A stretch of 64,000 nucleotides of DNA from a virus (lineage: Duplodnaviria > Caudoviricetes): IMG/VR virus record IMGVR_UViG_3300005281_000021, positions 1-64,000 of that record; one strand, given 5' to 3'. This document shows, piece after piece, positions 19,517 to 28,810 of this stretch (its first letter is position 1; each line of letters starts with the position of its first letter). Under the pieces are notes generated by a model. The model did not search any database and was not told the origin of the DNA. It saw only the letters and a list, made by a program, of their open reading frames with translations. The position numbers were made by a program, and so were the translations under genes.

Positions 19517-20701
19517 ATGGAGCGCACCAGAATAACCAAGAGCCTCATCGACGCTATCGAACCGGGACAGACAGATGTCTGGATCTGGGATAGGGAGCTG
19601 CCCGGCTTCGGCATCCGCGTCCAGCCGAGCGGGCGAAAGACCTATGTCGTCAGGTACCGGACACGACGGGGCATGACCCACCAGCGCAAGATGACCATCG
19701 CTCGCTGCTGCGACCTGACCCCGGACAAGGCCCGGGAGCAGGCTAGGAAGGTGTTCGCCGCCGTGGCCGACGGCAGAGACCCGGTGGGCGATATGCGGCA
19801 GGCTGCCGCTGACGCCAAGACCATGCAGGATCTCAAGGTCCACTACATGCGACTGCACGCGAAGCCATTCAAGAAGCCGCGCAGCATCGAGCTGGACGAG
19901 AAAAACTGGCGCCTGCATGTCCTTCCGGCCATCGGCAACAAGCAGGTGCGGGAGGTCACCAAAACCGACATCCTGTCCATCCACGGCAGCCTGAGCAGCC
20001 ACCCGGCCACCGCCAACCAGGTGCTGGCGATGCTGTCCAAGGCGTTCAACCTGGCCGAGGATTGGGAATGGCGCGAGCGAAACACTAACCCGACCGACGG
20101 TGTCAAGAAATTCAGCATACCCATCCGGGAGACGATCCTCTCGACCGCGCAGCTCCAGCGGCTGCATCTGGCGCTGGCCGCCATGGTGGAGGACAGGAGC
20201 GTCCCGAAGGAATTCGGCGACCTCGTCCGTCTGCTCATCCTGACCGGCTGCCGGCTGCGGGAGATCATGCACGCCAAGAGGGAATGGGTCGACGATGAAC
20301 GCCGCGTCCTCGTCCTGCCCAACACCAAGGTCGGCAGGAGGATCATCGCCCTCTCGCAGCCCTGCATGGACATCATCCGCGGCATTCCACGCAGCAACGA
20401 GTGGTTGATCCCGGGCCGTGTGGCTAACAAGCCGATGATCACGCCCTACTCCATGTGGCGGCGCCTGAAGAAGCGGGCCGGGCTGCCAGACGAGCTGCGG
20501 ATCCACGACTTGCGGCACACTGCCGGGTCGATGGCTCACGCCGCCGGCCTGACCCAGAAGCAGGTCGCCATCATGCTCGGCCACAGACAGCTATCGACCA
20601 CCGAGCGGTACATCCACGGCCTGCACGGCGAAGGCGCCCGCGTCATGGACACGCTGGCCAGCGTGATCACGCAAAGCTGGTCACCGGCCCAAGCGACCTA
20701 A
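19517..20701 (+). CDS. int: tyrosine integrase
   Basis: N-terminal arm-binding domain; TGCRLRE, HDLRHT, LGH...TTERY. Confidence 0.95.
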   Translation: MERTRITKSLIDAIEPGQTDVWIWDRELPGFGIRVQPSGRKTYVVRYRTRRGMTHQRKMTIARCCDLTPDKAREQARKVFAAVADGRDPVGDMRQAAADAKTMQDLKVHYMRLHAKPFKKPRSIELDEKNWRLHVLPAIGNKQVREVTKTDILSIHGSLSSHPATANQVLAMLSKAFNLAEDWEWRERNTNPTDGVKKFSIPIRETILSTAQLQRLHLALAAMVEDRSVPKEFGDLVRLLILTGCRLREIMHAKREWVDDERRVLVLPNTKVGRRIIALSQPCMDIIRGIPRSNEWLIPGRVANKPMITPYSMWRRLKKRAGLPDELRIHDLRHTAGSMAHAAGLTQKQVAIMLGHRQLSTTERYIHGLHGEGARVMDTLASVITQSWSPAQAT

Positions 20702-20905
20702 CTTCTCGGCTGCCGTCGCGCAGGCCACGCACAGGCGGTAGCCGTAGGCGCGACGGCACTCTGGCATATCATCCTCGCACTCTGCGCAGACCTCGGGGCC
20801 GTACTCGGGGTCTTGCGGCGTAAAGACCCGCTTCTTCGTGCGCGGGCCGTTGTTCATTTCCCAGATCCACGCTTCGTGGTCTTGGGCGCGATCTTCCAGG
20901 GACAT
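20681..20905 (-). CDS. DksA/TraR C4 zinc-finger protein
   Basis: CAECEDDMPECRRAYGYRLCVACA. Confidence 0.8.
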   Translation of the reverse strand: MSLEDRAQDHEAWIWEMNNGPRTKKRVFTPQDPEYGPEVCAECEDDMPECRRAYGYRLCVACATAAEKLGRLGR

Positions 20906-21162
20906 CAGTGTTCCGTAAGCTGTCGGATATAAGTCGCCTTTGCCGCGTTCGCGGCGGCGCACTCGGAGTACAGGCCGATCAGCGCGTCATCGTGCTCGAG
21001 CAGGTCGCCCATGGTGGCAGGCTTCGGCAGCGACGGGATCGGCGGGCATTCGGACAGTAGGCTGGCGTCCGGCACCGGGCGGCTGGTTTCCACATAGACC
21101 GTGGGCTTCGTCGTGCAGCCGGCCAACGCCAGGACGGACAGGACCACGGACAGGCGCATCAT
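20905..21162 (-). CDS. o-spanin (Rz1-like lipoprotein)
   Basis: lipobox LAGC, proline-rich. Confidence 0.8.
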   Translation of the reverse strand: MMRLSVVLSVLALAGCTTKPTVYVETSRPVPDASLLSECPPIPSLPKPATMGDLLEHDDALIGLYSECAAANAAKATYIRQLTEH

Positions 21163-21554
21163 TTCTTTGCCCCCAGAAACCGCAGATTCGCGGCATCGAT
21201 GTGCCGGTTCAGCAAATCCACGCCGGAATCGGGGAGCTGGCAGTCGGTGTAAACGAGCTTCTCGCGCTCGACGCGAACCTCGTGGTTGAACGTCTTGTTC
21301 TCGATGCGGATGTTCTGCAGGGCGGTCAGGAATTGAGTGGCGATCTCCTGCCCGCGGCGCTGCTCGGCCAGCAGCTGGTCGTTCGTTGCCTTGAGCGCGT
21401 CGGCTTGAGCCTGCAGGAGCGCCTCACGGTCGGCTGCAAAGCGACCGGCAGCGATCTCATACCCCAGGTACATGCCAGACAGCAGAAGCGCGCATCCGCC
21501 AATGATGTACCAGGGAGTCGCGCTACTGGTGAGCCAACGCAGGATCTTGATCAT
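21159..21554 (-). CDS. i-spanin (Rz-like)
   Basis: N-terminal TM helix, coiled coil, C-terminal DCQLPDSGVDLLN. Confidence 0.78.
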   Translation of the reverse strand: MIKILRWLTSSATPWYIIGGCALLLSGMYLGYEIAAGRFAADREALLQAQADALKATNDQLLAEQRRGQEIATQFLTALQNIRIENKTFNHEVRVEREKLVYTDCQLPDSGVDLLNRHIDAANLRFLGAKK

Positions 21555-21651
21555 CGGAGGAAATACCACCACACAGCAGCGAACGAGGACGCGAACGGCG
21601 CGAGGTACGCGCACGCCATGCGAACCCGACTGTTCTGCTGATAGGCCCGTC

Positions 21652-21864
21652 TCATGGGACGATCACCTTCGAGATGACGGCCATCACAACGGCGCTCATG
21701 GCGCCCGTGGCCAGCCCGTAGGCAATCAGCTTGACCGGAGCAAACTCGGCCTTTGTCACCAAGTCCTCGACGAGCTTCTCGAGATTTTCCACCTGCACCT
21801 GCAGACGGACTACGCTCTTCGAGAGCTGCATCAGGTCGCCGTGATTGTTGATGCCGTCGCTCAT
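21652..21864 (-). CDS. small membrane protein of the lysis cassette
   Basis: coiled coil plus C-terminal TM helix. Confidence 0.65.
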   Translation of the reverse strand: MSDGINNHGDLMQLSKSVVRLQVQVENLEKLVEDLVTKAEFAPVKLIAYGLATGAMSAVVMAVISKVIVP

Positions 21865-21866
21865 TG

Positions 21867-22568
21867 CTACTCCAGGAAGTAGGGCTCGTACTTCGCCCTA
21901 CGCACATAGATGATCTCGCGGACGTACCCGCGGTTGATGTCGAAAAAGGACTGCCCATAGCCGGGCGATGGCTTCCTCGATTTCAGGCTGGTGCGCTCGA
22001 CGTTGGAGAACCAGCGCGACGGGTCGCAGCCGGTCGTGTTCGAGCACAGGCGCCGATCCTGCAGCACACCGCTCTCGCCGCCATTGTAGGCGGACAGGGT
22101 GAAGGCAAGCCGGTCGATCGGCGTGGCGGCGTCGCGCACGCGACCGAAGATCGAGCGATCCATCTCCACCAGCGCCAGGAGCTGGTAGTGTGGGTCGTAG
22201 CGGTTATCCCACGACCAGTCGCGCAGGCTGGCAAACTCCCGCTTCAGCTCCGAGAACTTGTCGAAGCGGATCGAGCCGTCGGCGCGGTAGGCGCGGGTGA
22301 TCTGGCCGAAGCCGAAGCCGTACTCGCGGCTGGTCTTAAGCTCTGCGCGCGGATTCCAGCACCGGCTGTGCCTGAGCGTGATGCAGGACTCCTTCTCGAC
22401 CTGAGCGGCCAGGAAGGACGGTATCGGCGCGTCCGGCCACTTCTCGACCTGGATCCCGCGCAGGATCGGCAGGTACTGCTTGGCATTGGCGGGCACGTCT
22501 TGAGCGTGCCCGGCCACCGGAACCATCAGCGCGAACAGAACAGCAAGCGCGCGCAGCATGGCCGTCAA
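21867..22568 (-). CDS. endolysin, SLT-type lytic transglycosylase with signal peptide
   Basis: QVEKES, GFGQIT, SAYNGG motifs; signal-like N-terminus ending AGHA. Confidence 0.85.
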   Translation of the reverse strand: MTAMLRALAVLFALMVPVAGHAQDVPANAKQYLPILRGIQVEKWPDAPIPSFLAAQVEKESCITLRHSRCWNPRAELKTSREYGFGFGQITRAYRADGSIRFDKFSELKREFASLRDWSWDNRYDPHYQLLALVEMDRSIFGRVRDAATPIDRLAFTLSAYNGGESGVLQDRRLCSNTTGCDPSRWFSNVERTSLKSRKPSPGYGQSFFDINRGYVREIIYVRRAKYEPYFLE

Positions 22569-22873
22569 GCTCTCGCCCAGACCACCAGAGCGAAGAACAG
22601 GATGCCGACGAAGAAAACGATCGACGACGCAATCAGCGCGGCAGGAAGGCTGCGCTCATTGATCGCCTGCTCGACGGCCTCCGTCAGGTGAATTTGCGGG
22701 AAGATGATGCGGCTGATAAAGATCGCCACGCCGGCCAGGATCGGCGCAAAGATCACCCACTCGATAAGGGTCGCCAACATAGGCCGGTCAATCCAGTACA
22801 TAGCGACGAGCGCCGGCAGGATCAGGATCCACGCCGACCGGTCGAACAGGGCTTTTACACGGCGAAAACTCAT
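22565..22873 (-). CDS. putative holin
   Basis: 102 aa, three hydrophobic helices, GGAG RBS, directly upstream of the endolysin. Confidence 0.7.
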   Translation of the reverse strand: MSFRRVKALFDRSAWILILPALVAMYWIDRPMLATLIEWVIFAPILAGVAIFISRIIFPQIHLTEAVEQAINERSLPAALIASSIVFFVGILFFALVVWARA

Positions 22874-22903
22874 GATCGCGCTCCATACAAACTGCGGGCT
22901 TGA

Positions 22904-22926
22904 TGCCCGCAGAGTACGATCACGAC
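22904..22926 (-). promoter_or_regulatory. late promoter (lysis operon)
   Basis: GTCGTGA-tcgt-ACTCT-gcgggc-A. Confidence 0.7.
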
Positions 22927-22941
22927 CGACTGTTGCACGAC

Positions 22942-23547
22942 CTAGACGCCATACCGCCTGAAAGGGCTGACCCGGAACGCCAGCATGCACCGGCCCTTGT
23001 CCTCGACCTGTGTTCGGTAGAGCTTCCAACCGAACTGCAACTCCAGGCAGCGATGATCCGTGTAGTAGATCTGCCGCTCCCACAAAAACGCCGTCTGGCC
23101 GCGGGCATTGACCGCCGTCCAGTAGCTCATGGACGGCTGCCCGGTGTCCCAGGTGTCGGAACCGTCCACGTGCTTGGTGATCTGCACGCCGGTCATGTCG
23201 TAGCCCAGAAGCCATTGAACGTAGTAGGCCGGATTGCGCCAGATCCACGCGGCCCTGGCGTACCAGCGCAGCACAGGCGACGACAGCACGCGCTCGCGCC
23301 CGAAACGGCCCAGGAGCCAGTGCTCCTGGATCGCCGTCGGATGGCGCAGGATCAGGTCGATCTCCTGATCGTGCGTTGTGATCCATTGCCAGTACCAGAC
23401 CAGTCGCTCGCGGCCATCGTCGCCGACGCGAACGAACACTGGCAGAGCCGCGATGGGCGCCAGCACGAACGCCAACACGTCGGCGATGGTGGCGATGATC
23501 GCGCTCGGCACATAGCGCACGAGCGCACGAGCGAGTCCGGCGGTCAT
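22942..23547 (-). CDS. conserved phage hypothetical protein
   Basis: WIWRNPAY...FGWKL motif, typical downstream of tail-fibre genes. Confidence 0.7.
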   Translation of the reverse strand: MTAGLARALVRYVPSAIIATIADVLAFVLAPIAALPVFVRVGDDGRERLVWYWQWITTHDQEIDLILRHPTAIQEHWLLGRFGRERVLSSPVLRWYARAAWIWRNPAYYVQWLLGYDMTGVQITKHVDGSDTWDTGQPSMSYWTAVNARGQTAFLWERQIYYTDHRCLELQFGWKLYRTQVEDKGRCMLAFRVSPFRRYGV

Positions 23548-23984
23548 TTGCTTGCGGCAAGGGCGAACAGATCGTCCAGACCCTGCTCTGTGCCGCCGAG
23601 CGCGGCCCACATCGACTTCAAGAACTCGTTGTCGCGCTCCCAGGTGTCGGCCTCGTACTCGATCTGTGCGGCGCGGCGCTGCACAGGGTCGGTGATGGCC
23701 TCGATGGCTGCCTCCACGTCGTCCAGCTTGCCCACTTCCAGCAGCGCCAGACGGCCCTGGCGGCGGGTCACTTGCTGCGGCACGTATGGCGGCGCTGGCG
23801 GGAATGGATGCTTGGAAATCGCGCCGGTATCAGGATCGATCTTCCAAACTCCGTCGGTTTCGTTGATGGTCTGCCAGAACAGTTCGTCGGAAATCTCGGC
23901 GGCATCCTCTGGTATCTCGCTATGGAGTTCAGAATCATAGCGGGCGACTAGTTCGTGCTGGCCATTAAATTGTGCAAATTTCAT
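23544..23984 (-). CDS. tail fibre assembly/chaperone protein
   Basis: IPEDAAEIS...VPQQVTRRQGRLAL...LDDLFALA; follows the fibre gene. Confidence 0.72.
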   Translation of the reverse strand: MKFAQFNGQHELVARYDSELHSEIPEDAAEISDELFWQTINETDGVWKIDPDTGAISKHPFPPAPPYVPQQVTRRQGRLALLEVGKLDDVEAAIEAITDPVQRRAAQIEYEADTWERDNEFLKSMWAALGGTEQGLDDLFALAASK

Positions 23985-23986
23985 AA

Positions 23987-24961
23987 TTACCACCCTATAG
24001 CAATATAGGCAAACACATCCGTTGGCCCGCCACCGTATCCCATGAACCCGGTATTAGTCAGGTTGTTGTAACTTTGAACATACCTGCTGCCCGGAAGCCC
24101 AAAATCCATAGCTGCCAACGCAAACGCTGCATTAGGAAAAGCAATGGGAAATATGACTTGCGTACCGGTTTCCGTTATTTGCGCTTGTCCCCATTGAATA
24201 ATCAGCCCGCTAGGCAATTTCTGGTAGCCATTGACATTCATAAAATTCCCAAACGCAGCCGCCTTCCCCATCTGCAGGCTACCGCTAACCGCGTACCAAT
24301 TGACGCCGTTGGTCACGAAAGTGATGCTGTCTCCGTTCGCGCCGGACACCGACGTGTGCGTTCCCGCGCCGCCCAGATAGATGATATCGGAGCCTTGACG
24401 CTGAATCGTCTGCGTCCCCGCCGTGCTCGAAAAGAAGAATTCGATCCGCGCGCCAGGCGTCATGGTGCTGGCCAGCGGCAGGGTCACGGTGTAGTTGGTG
24501 GTGCCGCTCAAAAATACCGATGCGCCCGCGTGCTGCGCGGTCAGCGTGGTCGCGCCACTGAGCGAAACGAAGGAACTCGACTGCAGCCCTTGGCGCCGCA
24601 CGAACTCGGTGGTGGCGATGTTCGTGCTGTTATCGAACCGCGGCGGCGTCGGCGCTGTGGAGTTGTTCGCCAACGCCAGCGGGCCGATCATCGTGCCGCC
24701 GAGCGCCGTGATCGCGTTCGCAACCGCGAACCAGGAAAAGTTGATGCCCTGCAGGATCTCGCCGCCGATGGCCGGCGTTGCGAGCGTCAGGGTGAGCCCA
24801 TCGGTCGCCGTGTACTCGCTCGAGTCCATCAGGCGACCGTCCAAGAAGAACAAGCAGACACCAGGCGTGTAGACGAGCGACACCACGGTCTGCCCCGGCG
24901 TCAGCGTGACCGCCGGAGTGGCGTACATCCGGTGGATTGGGGAGTTTCCGAGATAGGCCAT
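23987..24961 (-). CDS. tail fibre / receptor-binding protein
   Basis: MAYLGNSP start, TAPTPP..DNSTNIATTEFV repeat, GYQKLPSGLIIQWG...FPIAFPN tip. Confidence 0.85.
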   Translation of the reverse strand: MAYLGNSPIHRMYATPAVTLTPGQTVVSLVYTPGVCLFFLDGRLMDSSEYTATDGLTLTLATPAIGGEILQGINFSWFAVANAITALGGTMIGPLALANNSTAPTPPRFDNSTNIATTEFVRRQGLQSSSFVSLSGATTLTAQHAGASVFLSGTTNYTVTLPLASTMTPGARIEFFFSSTAGTQTIQRQGSDIIYLGGAGTHTSVSGANGDSITFVTNGVNWYAVSGSLQMGKAAAFGNFMNVNGYQKLPSGLIIQWGQAQITETGTQVIFPIAFPNAAFALAAMDFGLPGSRYVQSYNNLTNTGFMGYGGGPTDVFAYIAIGW

Positions 24962-25008
24962 AGTTACGCCTGCTTCCCAAGTGTTTGTGACATAATCATT
25001 TCGTCTCT

Positions 25009-25593
25009 GTGCCGATCCGAATACTCATGCAGACGAAAGAAATTTGGCGTCCGGTGCCGATACAGCCGTTTGATCAATGCTACGAAGTCAGCAACCTTGG
25101 TCGCGTTCGCAGCCTTCCAAGAAGCGTACCGTCCCGACCGGGAGTGACGAAGATCGTGCGCGGCGGCATCATGACCGCCACGAGAACCGGAGACGGGTAC
25201 CTGCAGGTTTTCCTGCGCCGAGACGGACAAAAGAAGTTTGCTCTGCTGCATAGGCTGGTGGCCGGTGCGTTCTTGCCAGCACCAGCGTCCGCGAACGACA
25301 ACAACCTTCTTCAGGTAAACCACAAGAGCGGCGACAAGGCGGACTGCCGAGCAAGCAACCTCGAATGGACGACTTCCGCCGAGAACCATGCCCATGCTGC
25401 CAGTCTCGGACTCCGAGCGGTTGGCGAGCGATCGAACCTCAATAAGCTCACGAGCGATCAGATTCCAGAAATCCTGGCAGCGCGAGAAAACGGAGAATCC
25501 TACGCCAGCATTGGGCGCAGGTATGGAGTCACGGCGCCCGCTATTCGAAACGTCTGCATAGGAAAGTCGTGGAGACATATCACTGGCTTTTGA
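25009..25593 (+). CDS. NUMOD4-HNH homing endonuclease
   Basis: EIWRPV..YEVSNLGRVRS, HRLVAGAF, VNHKSGDK...NLEW; start may be the ATG at 25027. Confidence 0.88.
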   Translation: MPIRILMQTKEIWRPVPIQPFDQCYEVSNLGRVRSLPRSVPSRPGVTKIVRGGIMTATRTGDGYLQVFLRRDGQKKFALLHRLVAGAFLPAPASANDNNLLQVNHKSGDKADCRASNLEWTTSAENHAHAASLGLRAVGERSNLNKLTSDQIPEILAARENGESYASIGRRYGVTAPAIRNVCIGKSWRHITGF

Positions 25594-26158
25594 TGATGTA
25601 GTTAAGTGCGACGTTGCGCGGGCGGGCTTCGGAGCCGCCTTCAGAGCTGACGAGGCTCTCCGAGCTTAAGTCGCTGTTGTAAACCGTCGAGGCGCCGTTG
25701 GCGTTGAACGGCAAATTGTTGTTGCCGCCATTCACCAAAGGCATGGCACTGCTGGCCGCGCCTTTCGACCGCTGCATCAGGAATTGGTGCCGGTGCGCCT
25801 TGTTCTCGTCGCCCTGCGAACTCCCCAGCGTCCGCCCCGCATCCACCCCGCGCCCGTTGTCCAGACCGCGGATGAACTCGCCACGCAGATCCGGTAGCCC
25901 GAACGTCGTCGAGCCGTCGCCCGCCCCGTATGTCGTGCCGATGACCGCAAACAGACGAGCGTAGGTCGTGCGGCTTACATTCGACCCATCGCATAGCAGC
26001 CACCCGGTCGGCGGCACTGCGCCAGCGAACGGCAGGACGGTGCCGGGCGGCAGGAGGTTCTGCACGAACTCCGTCGACGCAGGCTGGGACGAGACATCAT
26101 TCGCCGCCTGCGTCGGCACGTTGCGGTACGGAGCAATATCGTAGTTGAGTTGTCCCAT
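25580..26158 (-). CDS. tail collar domain protein
   Basis: PPGTVLPFAG..PPTGWLLCDG...LPDLRGEFIRG...RPRNVALNYIIK. Confidence 0.88.
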   Translation of the reverse strand: MGQLNYDIAPYRNVPTQAANDVSSQPASTEFVQNLLPPGTVLPFAGAVPPTGWLLCDGSNVSRTTYARLFAVIGTTYGAGDGSTTFGLPDLRGEFIRGLDNGRGVDAGRTLGSSQGDENKAHRHQFLMQRSKGAASSAMPLVNGGNNNLPFNANGASTVYNSDLSSESLVSSEGGSEARPRNVALNYIIKSQ

Positions 26159-26476
26159 TTACAGCTCCGTCGCGGAAATCACGTAATCGACGGCACCGGA
26201 CTGGTCTGCTTGAACGTTAAGCGAGTTTCCCGCTTCGAGGATGATCTGAGCTTCAGGCTTGAGGGTCAGCGTGCCGCCCGGCGGAATGCTCGCCTGGTAC
26301 AGAACATGCTTCGTGTTGCCCCCCTTGGTCACGGACACCGAGACCTGGGCAACATCACCGTTTGTGATGTTGCAGAAAACCGCCGAGGTGATGATGGCCG
26401 GGCCGGTTCCGGGCGCGGTATAAGCCGCAGCAGCCACGGTGCCGCAAGTGCCGATCGAACTCTTGAAAGTTGCCAT
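26159..26476 (-). CDS. fibre-associated structural protein
   Basis: 105 aa, beta-rich, in the fibre operon. Confidence 0.7.
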   Translation of the reverse strand: MATFKSSIGTCGTVAAAAYTAPGTGPAIITSAVFCNITNGDVAQVSVSVTKGGNTKHVLYQASIPPGGTLTLKPEAQIILEAGNSLNVQADQSGAVDYVISATEL

Positions 26477-26479
26477 GGG

Positions 26480-27193
26480 TTAACCCCCGAAAATGATCGC
26501 GTAAATCAGCGCCGTGTCGTTGACCTCCTGCTGCACGAAGGCCGTCGTGGCGACCTGCGTGGTGCTGGTGCCTGGTGAAGCCGTCGGCGCAGTCGGAACA
26601 CCGGTCAGCGCGGCGTTGGTCAAGTCGCTGGTGGACTCGCGCACATCGGTGCCGTCGCACCAGATCTCGCGGTCTTTGCCCTGCGCGACGGCCACGCCAG
26701 TGCCCGCGGCGGTCTTGACGGTGAGCGTGAACGCGCCGCTGGTACGGTTCGAAACGATCCAGCTCTTGCTGACGTCCGGCACGATCACATTGATGTTGGC
26801 CGTCAGCGTGCCGGTAAACACCAGGATGCCGGCGCCGGCTTCGGTAGCCGACAGGGTGACATTCGTGCCGCCGGCGACGTTCTTGGTGGTGATGCCGTTA
26901 ACCGTGCCCTGCACGAACGCGGTCGTGGCGATCTTGGTCGAGTTGTCGCCAAGCGGCGGGGTTGGTGCCGTCGGCGTGCCGGTCAGGGCCGGCGAATTTT
27001 TCGGCGCGACAGTCGGCGGGATGGTGGCGCCGCTTTCCAGGTCGTCGACGTGCTTCTTCAAGTAGGCGGTTCGGTTCGCCAAGTTGAGTAGCGGCGCGTT
27101 TGCGACCCCGCCCACGCCGCCCGCGACCGGGTCGGTGACCTCGAGCTGGTAGACGCCAGTGTCGTACTGGATGATCTCCGGTTGATTCGCCAC
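26480..27193 (-). CDS. tail fibre proximal protein
   Basis: VYQLEVTDPV...LANRTAYLK; two LTG.PTAPT...ATTAFV repeats. Confidence 0.82.
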   Translation of the reverse strand: MANQPEIIQYDTGVYQLEVTDPVAGGVGGVANAPLLNLANRTAYLKKHVDDLESGATIPPTVAPKNSPALTGTPTAPTPPLGDNSTKIATTAFVQGTVNGITTKNVAGGTNVTLSATEAGAGILVFTGTLTANINVIVPDVSKSWIVSNRTSGAFTLTVKTAAGTGVAVAQGKDREIWCDGTDVRESTSDLTNAALTGVPTAPTASPGTSTTQVATTAFVQQEVNDTALIYAIIFGG

Positions 27194-27200
27194 GGCAACC

Positions 27201-27650
27201 TCAGAAGTTGATGGTCCAAGTGCCCGCGAGTGTTATGTCGCTCTCCTTGTGGAGCGGAGCGCTGCGCGTCTTGCGGGCGTACAGGGTGTTACCGGCGGTC
27301 AGCAGGCCGAATTCGGAAATCGCCTTCCCGTTGGCCTCGCCCGTGCCGAGCGAGAAGGCGAAGCGCACCTGGTTGTTCGCGGGATAGGACACCGTGTCGA
27401 TGGGCTTGACGTAGGCGTCCGTCAGGGACGTATTGCCCGCGGTCGGCGCGGTCGGGTTGGTGCCGAAGCCGATCTGGGTGATGCTGCGGTTGGTCACGTC
27501 GCCGCCCAGCAGGCGAGCGTGGATCTGCTTGGAGTTGTTGACGATGAGGTTTCGCTCTTCGAAAACCTCGATCAGCTCCCCGCGGCGGTAGACCTCGAGA
27601 ACAAAAAAGCCGCAGGGCATCTGGGCATAATCGGTAATGGAGAAGCTCAC
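27201..27650 (-). CDS. baseplate/fibre attachment protein
   Basis: GGAGG RBS, GTG start; NLIVN...EANGKAISEFGL. Confidence 0.7.
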   Translation of the reverse strand: MSFSITDYAQMPCGFFVLEVYRRGELIEVFEERNLIVNNSKQIHARLLGGDVTNRSITQIGFGTNPTAPTAGNTSLTDAYVKPIDTVSYPANNQVRFAFSLGTGEANGKAISEFGLLTAGNTLYARKTRSAPLHKESDITLAGTWTINF

Positions 27651-27667
27651 GCAGACCTCCGGTAGTT

Positions 27668-27690
27668 TGGGATGATTGTCCCGTCACGAC
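27668..27690 (-). promoter_or_regulatory. late promoter (fibre operon)
   Basis: GTCGTGA-cggg-ACAAT-catccc-A. Confidence 0.7.
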
Positions 27691-27694
27691 CCCA

Positions 27695-28807
27695 TCAGAC
27701 CGACTCGGTCACCACCTGGCCGCCCAAGAAGAAAACCTGCCCGTTGAAGTAGCGGATCCCGTTGTACTGGTAGTTGTAGGAGACGGTCAGCTCGCCCTCG
27801 TCGTCCGGCGCCGCCAGGGTGTCGTCGATCCCGGCCATCGTGCTGGACATGCCGAAATCGGGGTCGTCCGGATCCGGCAGGGTATCGTCGAGGTCGGCGC
27901 CCACCTGCCACTCGACAGGCCCGCCATCAGTGGGCGGGGTCAGGGAGTCGGACATATCCGAGCCGCGCAGCAGCAGCGACCGCAGGTGCGTGCCGGCGTC
28001 GCGCAGCCGGTCGATGACCTCGCGGACGATCGACTGGAACTGAGTGATATCCCCGCCATTGATGAAATCGTAGTCGTACTCGACGTCGAACAGGCCGTAG
28101 TACGGGAAGGCGTCGGCGTCGTAGTTGTAGGCGCCGTTGTAGAAGATCGTCGCGTCGTGCAGCGGGAAAACCGGCCCGTACAGGGTCACGTCCGTGACCT
28201 TGGCGTCCTGACCGGTGTAGACCTTGATCGCCGCCTCCATGGCGACGTTGTTCCCGCGGGGACGGAGCACCTCGGCGATGATGCGCGGCCCGTAGGACAC
28301 ATCCGGCTCCCCCTGGATCCTGGGGACGCCATAGTAGCCGCCCAGCTCGTCGAGCCACTCGCCCTCGGCGGTGCGGGTGGACATCTGCTTGAGCGCCTCG
28401 GGGATTTGGGCAGCGGCCAGCTTCAGCTCGCTGGCCACGGCCTCCATGTAGGCCCAGAGCAGGCTGGTGTAGGCATACAGGTGGTCACCGTTTGACCTGG
28501 AGATATCCCCCTCGCCGTCCATCAGGGCGAGCGCCGAGACCTGCGCCGCGCTTCCCTGTACGCCGTAGGCGATCTCGTAGCCGGGCTGGGACGCCAGATA
28601 GAACATCAGGTCGGCCAGCCGGTACTGCGACAGGTCGACGACCAGGTCGCTCCCCGGCCCGCCGGTGACGGTCGTGTAGAGGACGCCGTCCTCAATGCGC
28701 CAGGTCATCCCCCCTCCCTCGTACTGCAGGCGCAGCGCGAGGAACTTCCCCGGGTCTTTGTCGAAAACCCGGTTCAGGTAGGACAGGAGCTTCTGGGTCA
28801 GGCGCAT
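27695..28807 (-). CDS. baseplate wedge protein (gpI-like)
   Basis: TAEGEWLDELGGYYGVPR..E.D..Y..RI; follows the J-like gene. Confidence 0.7.
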   Translation of the reverse strand: MRLTQKLLSYLNRVFDKDPGKFLALRLQYEGGGMTWRIEDGVLYTTVTGGPGSDLVVDLSQYRLADLMFYLASQPGYEIAYGVQGSAAQVSALALMDGEGDISRSNGDHLYAYTSLLWAYMEAVASELKLAAAQIPEALKQMSTRTAEGEWLDELGGYYGVPRIQGEPDVSYGPRIIAEVLRPRGNNVAMEAAIKVYTGQDAKVTDVTLYGPVFPLHDATIFYNGAYNYDADAFPYYGLFDVEYDYDFINGGDITQFQSIVREVIDRLRDAGTHLRSLLLRGSDMSDSLTPPTDGGPVEWQVGADLDDTLPDPDDPDFGMSSTMAGIDDTLAAPDDEGELTVSYNYQYNGIRYFNGQVFFLGGQVVTESV

Positions 28808-28810
28808 GGT

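Noticed and set aside
23987-27193. Diversity-generating retroelement or invertible fibre cassette
   Set aside because: No reverse transcriptase, no TR/VR pair differing at adenines, and no invertase seen
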